A stretch of 63,990 nucleotides of DNA, filler included, from Octopus bimaculoides (lineage: Eukaryota): the NCBI RefSeq assembly GCF_001194135.2. It is 3 parts of 3 records of this genome, joined end to end, with 100 filler letters (N's around TTAATTAATTAA, not from the genome) between each part and the next. Parts side by side here need not be neighbours in the genome. Positions count along the whole stretch, not along the records: positions 22,569 to 46,823 come from NC_068989.1; positions 46,924 to 63,990 come from NC_069002.1; 1 more part is not named here. One strand, 5' to 3'. Positions 40,044-48,857 of the stretch are shown here, one piece after another. The number at the start of each line of letters is the position of its first letter. Positions within the stretch are counted from its first letter, which is position 1. Below the pieces are notes generated by a model, which worked only from the letters and a program-made list of their open reading frames with translations, ran no database searches and had not been told where the DNA came from. The position numbers and the translations under genes were made by a program.

Positions 40044-43000
40044 CTTTGTATCTGTATCCCCCGGCACTGCTTGACAACTAGTGTTGGTATGTTTACATCC
40101 CCGTAACTCAGCAGTTTGGCAAAACAGACCAACAGAATAAGTACAGGGCATTAAAAAAAAAGTCCTGGGTTCAATTCACTCAACTAAAAATTCTTCAAGG
40201 TAGTGCCCCAGCATGGCTGCAGTCTAGTGACTGAAACAAGTAAAAGATAAAAGATAGAAGCATATCAACAGTACACTGCGAATATATCTCCTTTCTTCCA
40301 CCTATAATACTTGAACTTTCATGCTTATGACCATAACGGCTTCATCTAAATTCAGATTTGCATTTTTACACCTCCATTTCGCCAAGCAAAACTAGGACAG
40401 AAAAAAAAGATTTTACAAACCATTGCCTATGTCCACATTTTCAGATAGTTTAGAAATTTCACTGTTAACTTTCTTAGCTGGCTTTTCTTGTACATCCTCA
40501 TCTATCCTTTTTAGTTCTCCTTCAACATCAAACCTAAATAAAAATACAAGTGACAAAATAAAACGAGAGCGACACTGTTGTTTAGCAGATAGGCAGAAAG
40601 TGTTTGAAAGCTTTCCATTTTTCAAACTTTACATAGGAAGAAATATCTGGGTTGTGTGGTGTAGTTGGAAGACATGGCCATGTTGTGTGGTAGTGTAGCA
40701 AACCACTGCTGCGTTGTGTGGCAGAAAGACAGGGTTGTTTTGTGAGGTAGGAAGACATGGCTGTGTTGTATGGTAGGGTAGAAAACCATCACTGTGTTGT
40801 GTGGAAGAAAGACAGGGTTGTTTTGTGAGTTAGGAAGACATGGTGGTGTTGTGAGTTAGGAAGACATGGTGGTGTTGTGAGTTAGGAAGACATGGTGGTG
40901 TTGTGAGTTAGGAAGACATGGTGGTGTTGTGAGGTAGGAAGAAATGGTGGTGTTGTAAGATGTGATAGGAAAATATAGCTGTACTGTGAGATGTGGTAGA
41001 AAGACATGGTTGTTGTGAGATGTAGAAGGAAAACATGGCTGTGTTGTGAGGTGTAGTAGGAAAACAATACTCAAAGAAAATCGAAAGGAAACCACCTTCA
41101 TAGTCACCACCATCATCTTCATTTTAAAAAACACTTTTTGAAACTTGTATGGGTCAGATGGAATTTGTTGAGGCAGGTTTTCTAAGGCTTGATGCCCTTC
41201 CTGCCACTAACCCTCACCTGCTTTTAAGAAAGGTAATACTTTCCCCATGGTCAAACATGTTATTACAGAATATTGTAAATGGACACCGCTTGCATGAGGA
41301 AGACACTTGTTTACAACTATTTCGCAATGCCAAAGCAAGGAGACAGAAACACATACACATACAAACGCACACATACTGACATACATAAGTCAGAATATAT
41401 GGATTCAAGTAACTCGGTAGTACTCATAAAAAAAGATCCTTAATGTATCATTCTACAAAACATATAGAATATATAAAATGATACAAGAAGATGATAAGGT
41501 GTATAAAGTCACAAATGACAGAGAAGGATTTTTTGCATTTTGCATTAATGCAGACATCGTCATCATCATCATCATCGTTGTTTAACGTCTGCCTTCCATG
41601 CTGGCATGGGTTGGACGGTTTGACTGAGGCTGGCAAGCCAGAAGGCTGCACCAGGCTCCAATCTGATCTGGCAGAGTTTCTACAGCTGGATGCCCTTCCT
41701 AACACCAACCACTCCGAGAGTGCAGTAGGTGCTTTTTACATGTCGACAGCACAAGAGCCAGTCAGGCAGTAATGGCATAGACCATGCTCAAATGGTGCTT
41801 TTTACATGCCACAGAATTATTAAAAAGAAAAATGAAACAATGAGAACAACAATACACTTACTTGTCCCACTCTTTGATATCACGAGGTTTTGGAGAAGTC
41901 TTTTTTGATGAACCTTTCTTCTGCAAATATAAAACAAAATATTACAATGTTTCAAAATGTTAATGATTCAAGAACAAGCAGCAGACACTGCTATTTGGTG
42001 TATCTTGCTGGTTTTCATTTTCATTAATGTTGAGATGGTATGCTCAGCTCTACTTGAGAAGATCCATTATACTGTGAAAGATGACCAGGCGGTGAGCTGG
42101 CAGAAACGTTAGGGCGCCGGGCGAAATGCTTAGCCGTATTTCATCTGCCGTTACGTTCTGCGTTCAAATTCCGCCGAGGTCGACTTCACCTTTCATCCTT
42201 TCGAGGTCGACAAATTAAGTACCAGTTACGCACTGGGGTCGATGTAATCGACTTAATCCCTTTGTCTGTCCTTGTTTGTCCCCTCTATGTTTAGTCCCTT
42301 GAGGGCAATAAAGAAGTAAGAAACAACCTGAGTGTCCAGCCTCTTAGATGCACACACACACACACAATTATCTGAAGTGAAGGCATTTGGACTAGTGGTT
42401 GGGGTGCTGCACTGACAATTGCAAGATCGTGGTTTCAATTTCCAGACGTGCTGCACATTGTATCCTTAAGCAAAATACATCATTTCACTGTAGCTCCACT
42501 CCATTCAGCTATAAATGGCATACAAGGGTGAGTGAGATGGTGACTCAGGAAAAATCACCCAAACAGAAGTCTCACAAGCCATGCTTCACATTCAGCTATC
42601 AAAAGGATGAATAGTACAACTCGTTGAGTAAATCCCAACTTGTTGGGATTGGTTGTTCAACCATGTCCATGGTCATCATCATCATCATCATCATCAAATG
42701 CCTAAATATTAACACATTTAGATGTGAGAAGTATTTAAGAACATAAACACATTCTTTCTATGCTTTCGGTGTGCAGAAAAAATAAGGTTACTTGATAGAT
42801 TAGTCGACTGCTCTTGAGAGATGAACCCAATTTGCTTTCCTAATCAAGAGTATAGAATATTCAGTAATAATATAAAGCCTCCATAATCTAAGTCATTTCC
42901 ATAATGGAAAGCTTAATTTGCATACTTGTGCATATACAAGTACATTATTTGTACATATGCATGCAATATATGCACATACATCATCATCATCATCATCATC

Positions 43001-44511
43001 GTTTAACGTCCGCTTTCCATGCTAGCATGGGTTGGACGATTTGACTGAGGACTGGTGAAACCGGATGGCAACACCAGGCTCCAGTCTGATTTGGCAGAGT
43101 TTCTACAGCTGGATGCCCTTCCTAACGCCAACCACTCAGAGAGTGTAGTGGGTGCTTTTACGTGTCACCCGCACTGGTACTTTCCATACATGGAAAATAT
43201 AAATGCATTTGTATCTACATATAACATAAGCACAATTGATATTGTACACATATACATATAACATGCACAACATATATTATATTGTGCACTTATATGCACA
43301 ATATTATATATTGTGCACCAAATATATATCATGCAGAAAATATATTTTATGCACCAATATACTTTATGCATAAATATATATTGATTAATCATTAAAACAT
43401 TTTACACGCAGCATGAATCTGAAGGATTATATAAGCAGTAATGCTATCTTAGACAAAAACCAACACTCAAAGAATAGACTCAACCAGGATGATACCCCAG
43501 TGGAGTATGAAATTATGGAATTACAATGAAAGTACAAAGATTTCTTTATTGAGGATGGTTGGATGGTTACCTTTTCTTTTTCGGGCTTCCCTTTCTTTCC
43601 TTCTGCATTTCTGACAGGTGGTATATCATCTACAGCCTTTTTGGAATTTTTTTTCTTCAAAGATCCATCCAGTTTACACATGTTGCTGGACCAATTCTAA
43701 AGAAAGAAGTAATAGTAGTGACACTATAGAGGTGTGTTTCTATTTGGTTCAAAAGAACATCAAAAGAAAATTTTTTTTACAAAAAAAAAACACATTCCTT
43801 TAAAGCTATTGCTTTATGTGTGAAAATTCTTACGAAATCAATAAATCAATTTCATGATTCAAGACATAAAATGAATTTATTTCATTTATATCAAGAGTCT
43901 TTGCAAAAGAACTGAAAACTTTTCAAATTCTTCAATAAACTGACAAGTAAATCTGTGACACTGGCACTGAGCTGACTATTTGCTATAAAGATATTTCTGC
44001 TTCAGCAACTCAATGCTGAATCTATCTGAAATGTAATGGAAAATAGGTCAGTTTCAAAACATTGATGTCCAGGTGACAAAAGCAAAGTTTGAAGGGAATA
44101 GTAGTCATTTCCTTTGATCTCTAGATAGAAGGAAATAAGAAACAAAAACATATTGACCAAAGACAAAAAAAAATTAAATTTTGTTACACAGGGTGGTTTA
44201 GCTCACCCCTAAATCCTTCATTACCAAACCTCTACTTTAAGCTTGGCTATCTCCTTTCTACATTTTTCTTATATACCTGAACTTTATTTGCAGCTTTCCC
44301 CAAACACTTCCTTTCATTTCTAAGTAAAAACAAAATATACACTGCTCAAAATCTCAGAACGCACCTCAATATACACAAACTTCTCATGCTTTACAAAATT
44401 TAACATAAAAAAAAAATTATTCTCACCTCCATCTCAGCTTGTAAAGCTATGTTTTCTTCTTGGCTTAGATCAGTAATTTTTTTCAAGGGTTCTTCTCTCC
44501 TTAGAGCACGA
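25424..44511 (-). CDS. SPAG1: SPAG1-like TPR protein (sperm-associated antigen 1 / dynein axonemal assembly co-chaperone), partial model of 12 coding exons
   Basis: Twelve exons with canonical GT-AG sites and matching phases splice into one ORF. It carries the SPAG1 motif order (S)RALR...PPVR...PRDIKEWDKFDVEGELKRIDED, TPR cluster 1 (REKDKGNEAFRSGDYNEAVIYYNRS...YNNRALAY), TPR cluster 2 (KNSGNDLFLRGRYSEA...SNRAACSLKMG...KPLLRRAAAYETLEKYDMAYVDY) and the start of cluster 3 (LKAQGNQFVKE). Identity rests on my recall of human SPAG1; no database search was run. Confidence 0.88.
27053..27133 (-). CDS. SPAG1: SPAG1-like exon: (K)YDMAYVDYRHVLAINNSVESALQGSS(R)
   Basis: Acceptor tttattttttag, donor GTTTGT; 81 nt; matches QYGKAYVDYKTVLQID. 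Confidence 0.88.
28355..28529 (-). CDS. SPAG1: SPAG1-like exon: (E)PIDQTVNLSLIYSNRAACSLKMGQCRNSISDCTTSLQLVPFCVKPLLRRAAAYETLE
   Basis: Long poly(T) tract plus CCAG acceptor, donor GTAAGA; 175 nt; TPR cluster 2. Confidence 0.92.
28966..30019 (+). mobile_element. 5'-truncated RTE LINE (RT C-terminus, gap, 3' tail)
   Basis: VDSFRYLGDQVSSGGG...LLATKGLSLRVKGRLYDACIRTAMLHGSETW; 3' tail ends in (GAT)n after the gap. Confidence 0.88.
30068..30298 (-). mobile_element. tRNA-derived SINE (ggcggtgagctggcagaa family)
   Basis: The same family is at 42088-42326(+), 7873-8082(-), 58364-58558(-), 62600-62810(+) and in several decayed copies. Confidence 0.75.
30915..31605 (-). CDS. SPAG1: SPAG1-like large exon: charged low-complexity linker plus start of TPR cluster 2
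   Basis: Lies inside ORF 30871-31680. Acceptor ttttccattgcag, donor GTAAGC; 691 nt; KKKGRKLVIEEIE and KNSGNDLFLRGRYSEALDFYTKAIDLLEQ. Confidence 0.9.
31679..31859. repeat. Near-perfect inverted repeat, 86-bp arms, 9-nt loop, 1 mismatch
   Basis: 31679-31764 versus 31774-31859; lies in the intron about 75 nt upstream of the large SPAG1-like exon acceptor. Confidence 0.95.
32553..32659 (-). CDS. SPAG1: SPAG1-like exon: (A)LLRRASAYKENKEYNKSLCDLKTVLKLEPENQRAK
   Basis: Acceptor tttttgttgtag, donor GTCAGT; 107 nt; TPR. Confidence 0.9.
32777..32884. repeat. Inverted duplication of the 5' end of an RTE tail copy (48-bp arms, 12-nt loop, 3 mismatches)
   Basis: 32777-32824 versus 32837-32884; the right arm is collinear with the RTE tail also seen at about 34067-34120. 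Confidence 0.9.
33536..33613 (-). CDS. SPAG1: SPAG1-like exon: (Y)LKLSLWSEAIADCDRVLINDSNNVK
   Basis: Acceptor ttttcatcaatag, donor GTAAGC; 78 nt; TPR. Confidence 0.88.
34385..34484 (-). CDS. SPAG1: SPAG1-like exon: AFRSGDYNEAVIYYNRSLSIQPLDVVYNNRALA
   Basis: Acceptor cctttccag, donor GTAAGT; 100 nt; canonical TPR helices. Confidence 0.9.
36403..36461 (-). CDS. SPAG1: SPAG1-like exon: (D)CLEETKTTHALREKDKGNE
   Basis: Acceptor tttttctccag, donor GTATGT; 59 nt; start of TPR1. Confidence 0.85.
38008..38978. mobile_element. TTAA-flanked piggyBac-like MITE interrupted by an RTE tail and other insertions
   Basis: TTAA at 38004-38007 and 38979-38982; termini CCTTTTAGCATT / AATGCTAAAAAG. Confidence 0.5.
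40421..40533 (-). CDS. SPAG1: SPAG1-like exon: FDVEGELKRIDEDVQEKPAKKVNSEISKLSENVDIGN
   Basis: Acceptor tttttatttag, donor GTTTGT; 113 nt; matches FDVEKECLKIDED. Confidence 0.85.
40669..41060. repeat. 26-bp minisatellite (GGAAGACATGGTGGTGTTGTGAGTTA)
   Basis: About four near-exact central copies, with diverged flanking copies. Confidence 0.85.
41862..41920 (-). CDS. SPAG1: SPAG1-like exon: KKGSSKKTSPKPRDIKEWD(K)
   Basis: Acceptor atatttgcag, donor GTAAGT; 59 nt; matches PRDYAEWDK. Confidence 0.85.
43571..43696 (-). CDS. SPAG1: SPAG1-like exon: NWSSNMCKLDGS...DDIPPVRNAEGKKGKPEKEK
   Basis: Acceptor cttctttctttag, donor GTAACC; 126 nt, phase 0/0; PPVR motif. Confidence 0.85.
44427..44511 (-). 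CDS. SPAG1: SPAG1-like exon: (S)RALRREEPLKKITDLSQEENIALQAEME
   Basis: Acceptor ttctaactacag, donor GTGAGA; 85 nt, starts phase 2 and ends phase 0; matches the human ESRALRKDKP region. Confidence 0.8.
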
Positions 44512-45944
44512 CTGTAGTTAGAATTAAAAAAAAAAAAAGAAATTAAAGAAAACAAGAAGAGAAAAAGAGGTAACTTAAAAGTCTACACGAAGTGCAGCTT
44601 TTAAGCTAGTTGCGTGATAATTGTAAAGGAGTGTCACTATCATAGAAACTGTTGTTCCTTTCCAATATTCTGTGAAAATGTGTGTTTGCAGGGAAATATT
44701 ACTTTGCTTCAAAACAGTTAGGGTTGGCAACAGGAAGAGCATCTAGCCATAGAAAATCTGCCTCAATAAACTCCATTCAACCCAGGCAATTATGGAAAAG
44801 TGGATATTCACACAATGGAGATTTGAAGGCAAGCATGGTACAAGGACAAGGAGATAAGATAAAGAAGAGAAAAAGAAAGGAGAAGCAGAAGAAAAAGAGG
44901 GAGTAGCAGAAGAAAAGAAAAAGGAAAAGATGAGATAAAAAAAAAGGAAGTTAAGTAAATAAAAAGAGAAGAGAGTAGTCCGTAGTAAAAGAAGTTTCAG
45001 GGAGAAGACAGCAGAAAAATGAGGTTTTGCATATGAAAATGGAGATGTTATACAGCAGACAACATTACAGCAAACAAACCAAACTTTATGCTCAGGAGGA
45101 GATGGAGGGAGGAGGTGGAGGGAGGAGGTGGAGGGAGAAGTGGAGGGNNNNNNNNNNNNNNNNNNNNNNNNNNNNNNNNNNNNNNNNNNNNNNNNNNNNN
45201 NNNNNNNNNNNNNNNNNNNNNNNNNNNNNNNNNNNNNNNNNNNNNNNNNNNNNNNNNNNNNNNNNNNNNNNNNNNNNNNNNNNNNNNNNNNNNNNNNNNN
45301 NNNNNNNNNNNNNNNNNNNNNNNNNNNNNNNNNNNNNNNNNNNNNNNNNNNNNNNNNNNNNNNNNNNNNNNNNNNNNNNNNNNNNNNNNNNNNNNNNNNN
45401 NNNNNNNNNNNNNNNNNNNNNNNNNNNNNNNNNNNNNNNNNNNNNNNNNNNNNNNNNNNNNNNNNNNNNNNNNNNNNNNNNNNNNNNNNNNNNNNNNNNN
45501 NNNNNNNNNNNNNNNNNNNNNNNNNNNNNNNNNNNNNNNNNNNNNNNNNNNNNNNNNNNNNNNNNNNNNNNNNNNNNNNNNNNNNNNNNNNNNNNNNNNN
45601 NNNNNNNNNNNNNNNNNNNNNNNNNNNNNNNNNNNNNNNNNNNNNNNNNNNNNNNNNNNNNNNNNNNNNNNNNNNNNNNNNNNNNNNNNNNNNNNNNNNN
45701 NNNNNNNNNNNNNNNNNNNNNNNNNNNNNNNNNNNNNNNNNNNNNNNNNNNNNNNNNNNNNNNNNNNNNNNNNNNNNNNNNNNNNNNNNNNNNNNNNNNN
45801 NNNNNNNNNNNNNNNNNNNNNNNNNNNNNNNNNNNNNNNNNNNNNNNNNNNNNNNNNNNNNNNNNNNNNNNNNNNNNNNNNNNNNNNNNNNNNNNNNNNN
45901 NNNNNNNNNNNNNNNNNNNNNNNNNNNNNNNNNNNNNNNNNNNN

Positions 45945-46823
45945 GGATACGAGATTTTCCTATCTCCGTGTCGGCCGGGAGCGGGCGGTGGAGGTGCTAT
46001 TTCGGAAAGGCCTAGACTTGAAAATAAGGGCAGTCTTCCTGGATCCGGAAGGTAAGTTGGTGGTCCTGGACGTCGATAGTAGTGACAGCGCTGCTTTCAG
46101 ACTACTGGCTGCGTACGCTCCGACAGGAGCAGGACAGTCGGATTATTTCAAACGTCTGGAGGTTTTCCTAGGTACTTCTCGCACTTTAGTGCTAGTTAGG
46201 GACTAGAACGCTGTCCTAGACGAACGTATCGATAGGGTGGGTGCGGGAGCATCTAATAGGAAAGGGGGATGCAAGAGCCTCGCCAACCTGCTCAAATGCT
46301 TTCAGCTGTCCGACAGGTATCAACTAGACAACCCGAATGTGCCAATGTGGACTTGGACTAATCGCATCGAGTCGTCTAGATCGTACTCAGATAGAATTTT
46401 CTGTAGGCCAGCGGATAAGGATAGCATAGGGTGTCCACAATTCAACATAGTCGGCTACACGGACCACAAATTCGTGATCTGTACGGTCCATAGACAAGGC
46501 CCCGGTTACTGGAAGCTAAACGCGTCGTTAACGGCGTGCAAAGCCTACAGAGACCGGATTAGTTTATTAGGGGCAATCATCAATAACAACTGGTGGTTCG
46601 CCCTGAAGCGGGCAATTAGAGCAGAATCAATTAGGTTTAGTAAGGCTCTAGCTGTAGAACGTAAGAAAACAGAGCAGGATTTAGTTAACAACCTAGACGA
46701 GACTCTTAGGACAGGCATCGCAACCGACGTGTTAGCAGCGAAGTTGGCCCTCGACCTACACTTTGATGCCAAGCATGAAGGCTGTGTTGGCAGAGCTAAA
46801 GCACTTTCGGTAAGAGGGGAGGC
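45945..46823 (+). mobile_element. Tx1/L1-clade LINE endonuclease region (between gaps)
   Basis: FRLLAAYAP...LVLVRD*NAVLD...WTW...DRIF...TDHKFV...GPGYWKLNASL: L1/Tx1 endonuclease motifs, with an in-frame stop. Confidence 0.88.
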
Positions 46824-47154
46824 NNNNNNNNNNNNNNNNNNNNNNNNNNNNNNNNNNNNNNNNNNNNTTAATTAATTAANNNNNNNNNNNNNNNNNNNNN
46901 NNNNNNNNNNNNNNNNNNNNNNNCATATATATATATATAGCAATAATGAATCTCTGAGCGTGGTATAAACAGTTACTGCACGATATTGTGAAGTATATTT
47001 GCCACTTAAATGTGGCTAACCCTTAAGAGTAGATGCTACTGTAGCTTGTAACCCCAGGAAGACATCTCCTCCATGTGGCTATTGACACACTTTCTGTGCC
47101 CTATCAGTATTTGCTAAGGGGAGCCATCCTTCCCATCTCCAACCGAACGTGATA

Positions 47155-47199
47155 CACACGGACCCGAGTTTCTGGGTATTGACCCGTTATCAGCGTGTG
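47155..47199 (-). ncRNA. Minimal type I hammerhead ribozyme motif (probably mutated)
   Basis: CACACG-CUGAUAA-CGGGU(CAAU)ACCCA-GAAAC-UCGG-GUC|CGUGUG: 6-bp stem I, stem II GGGU/ACCC, near-palindromic stem III, GUC triplet; G8 is A and 10.1-11.1 is a C.A mismatch. Confidence 0.65.
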
Positions 47200-47211
47200 A
47201 CAATCACTGGT

Positions 47212-48857
47212 CTTTCTCTTTATCTCTCCATTATAGGCATAAAGCCTTATACAGAAAGGACATTACAAGGACAAACGTGGGGTAAATAGAACGATTTACG
47301 AATGGATTATGATGTGTGAAAAATAATGATGATGAAATGCCTTTCTACCCACCAAAGAAGTTCCATGTTACAATTCAGTTTTTACAATTCAGTTTGTATC
47401 GTGTTTACCCACCAAAAATATTTAGATCTGCAAAATTTACCACTGGTGGTAATTCATCGTATCGAACCTGAAATGGTGTATTATCCATTCTGCTTCCGAA
47501 TATCTCTGTCACTCTGGCTGCACTTTCGTTATCCAGCCACACTGCTTTCAGGTTTTTATTCTCCTCCCTATCAACCATTCTCACTCTTATTACGCCTTTG
47601 ACTTTTGCAATTCGTTTTCTATTTCAACACTTTTCTCGTACATCACTATCAGTCTTTCATGTTTTCCTTTGGGTAACATTCTCTCTTCATTTTCTCTCGT
47701 TAGTGCTGGCATTTCTATTTCGCTCTGTTGCTCGTCTTCCAGTTCCTTCCGTCCCTCCTCTTCCCTATTTGTTGAAGGCTCTGGTTCCTGCGTTCGATCT
47801 CCCATTGCTTCATTTGTTTCTTTTTTCCTTTTTCTCTGCTTTTCTTTTTCGGGGGTGATTCACTATTTCCTCTCCTCTCTACCTCAGTGAACTCTGTTTC
47901 CTTCTTTGTTATTACATTTACTTCTTCCTGGCACTCCACCTCCTGTTCGTATTTCTGGGGACACTTTGCCTTTATGTGCCCCCTTACTCCACATTCGAAA
48001 CATATTGGCGGTCTATCCTCCACCGTGATTATCAATCTGGTTTCGTCGGGTAGGATTATCTCTTCCACAGTTTTGTGGAGGTCAGCTAGGCTGATATGTA
48101 CCATAACCTCCAAGCCATACCCCCACCAGTTGACCTCCGCAGTCTTTGACATTTTCAGTATCTCTACTTTCTCCTCTGTATTGTAGAGGATGGCTGCCAC
48201 AAGTCAATCCTCGTTAATTTCGGGTGGCACTCCCCCTATCCTTGCTCTGGCTGCGCGTCTGCCATAGTAAGTAGGTAAGAGTGCCCACTGTGCCGATTTC
48301 AAGGCTACGGTGGAGTACTTCTTTGCTTCGTTGTTATTAACGAAGTGCACCTCCACCGTGCAGGACTTTCGTCCTCTGTTATAGAATGTCGTTACTTCCG
48401 TTACTTCCTTTAAACATTCCTCAATCTCTTCAACGCCTGCTATTTCTACTTTTTTTGTCACTATATTCAGCGTTCGATAAGTAATTATTTTTCATTCCGA
48501 CTTCTCTGCTACTTCTTGGGGGGGGGGGGGTCAGTCTTAGGCATCCTCCTTCCTTCTTCAACAGGTTATCACATTTTTTGTAGTCTATGTCTTTCACTTC
48601 GAGTTCCCGTATCTGCAGTGGCTCTGCTGTCAGGCTTTTGTCTCTTACCGCAGCATAACTGTTACCGCAGCATAACTGTTACCGCAGCATAACTGTTACC
48701 GCAGCATAACTGCCTGTCTGGACCTGTGAATTCATATTTCCGTTATTCACCGCTTCACCTATAAGTGGGGAAGCCAAACAAAATCATCAATAATTCAACA
48801 GTACATTAACTCAACAATTCCGTAATTCAAATAAAAAGCCGTAACTCACATCCACAA
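47212..48857 (-). mobile_element. ORF1/gag-only non-LTR retroelement with CCHC zinc knuckle and 15-bp TSD
   Basis: TSD GTGACAATCACTGGT at 47197-47211 and 48858-48872; disrupted ORF with SYAAV and CFECGVRGHIKAKC (CX2CX4HX4C); no endonuclease or RT between the TSDs. Confidence 0.75.
48645..48712. repeat. Four exact copies of the 17-bp unit TTACCGCAGCATAACTG
   Basis: Directly visible; overlaps the SYAAV-coding start of the ORF1-like gene. Confidence 0.95.

Noticed and set aside
40669-41060. CRISPR-like array
   Set aside because: Head-to-tail 26-bp minisatellite without unique spacers, in a eukaryotic intron.
46868-46879. Second TTAATTAATTAA island
   Set aside because: Same assembly linker artefact.
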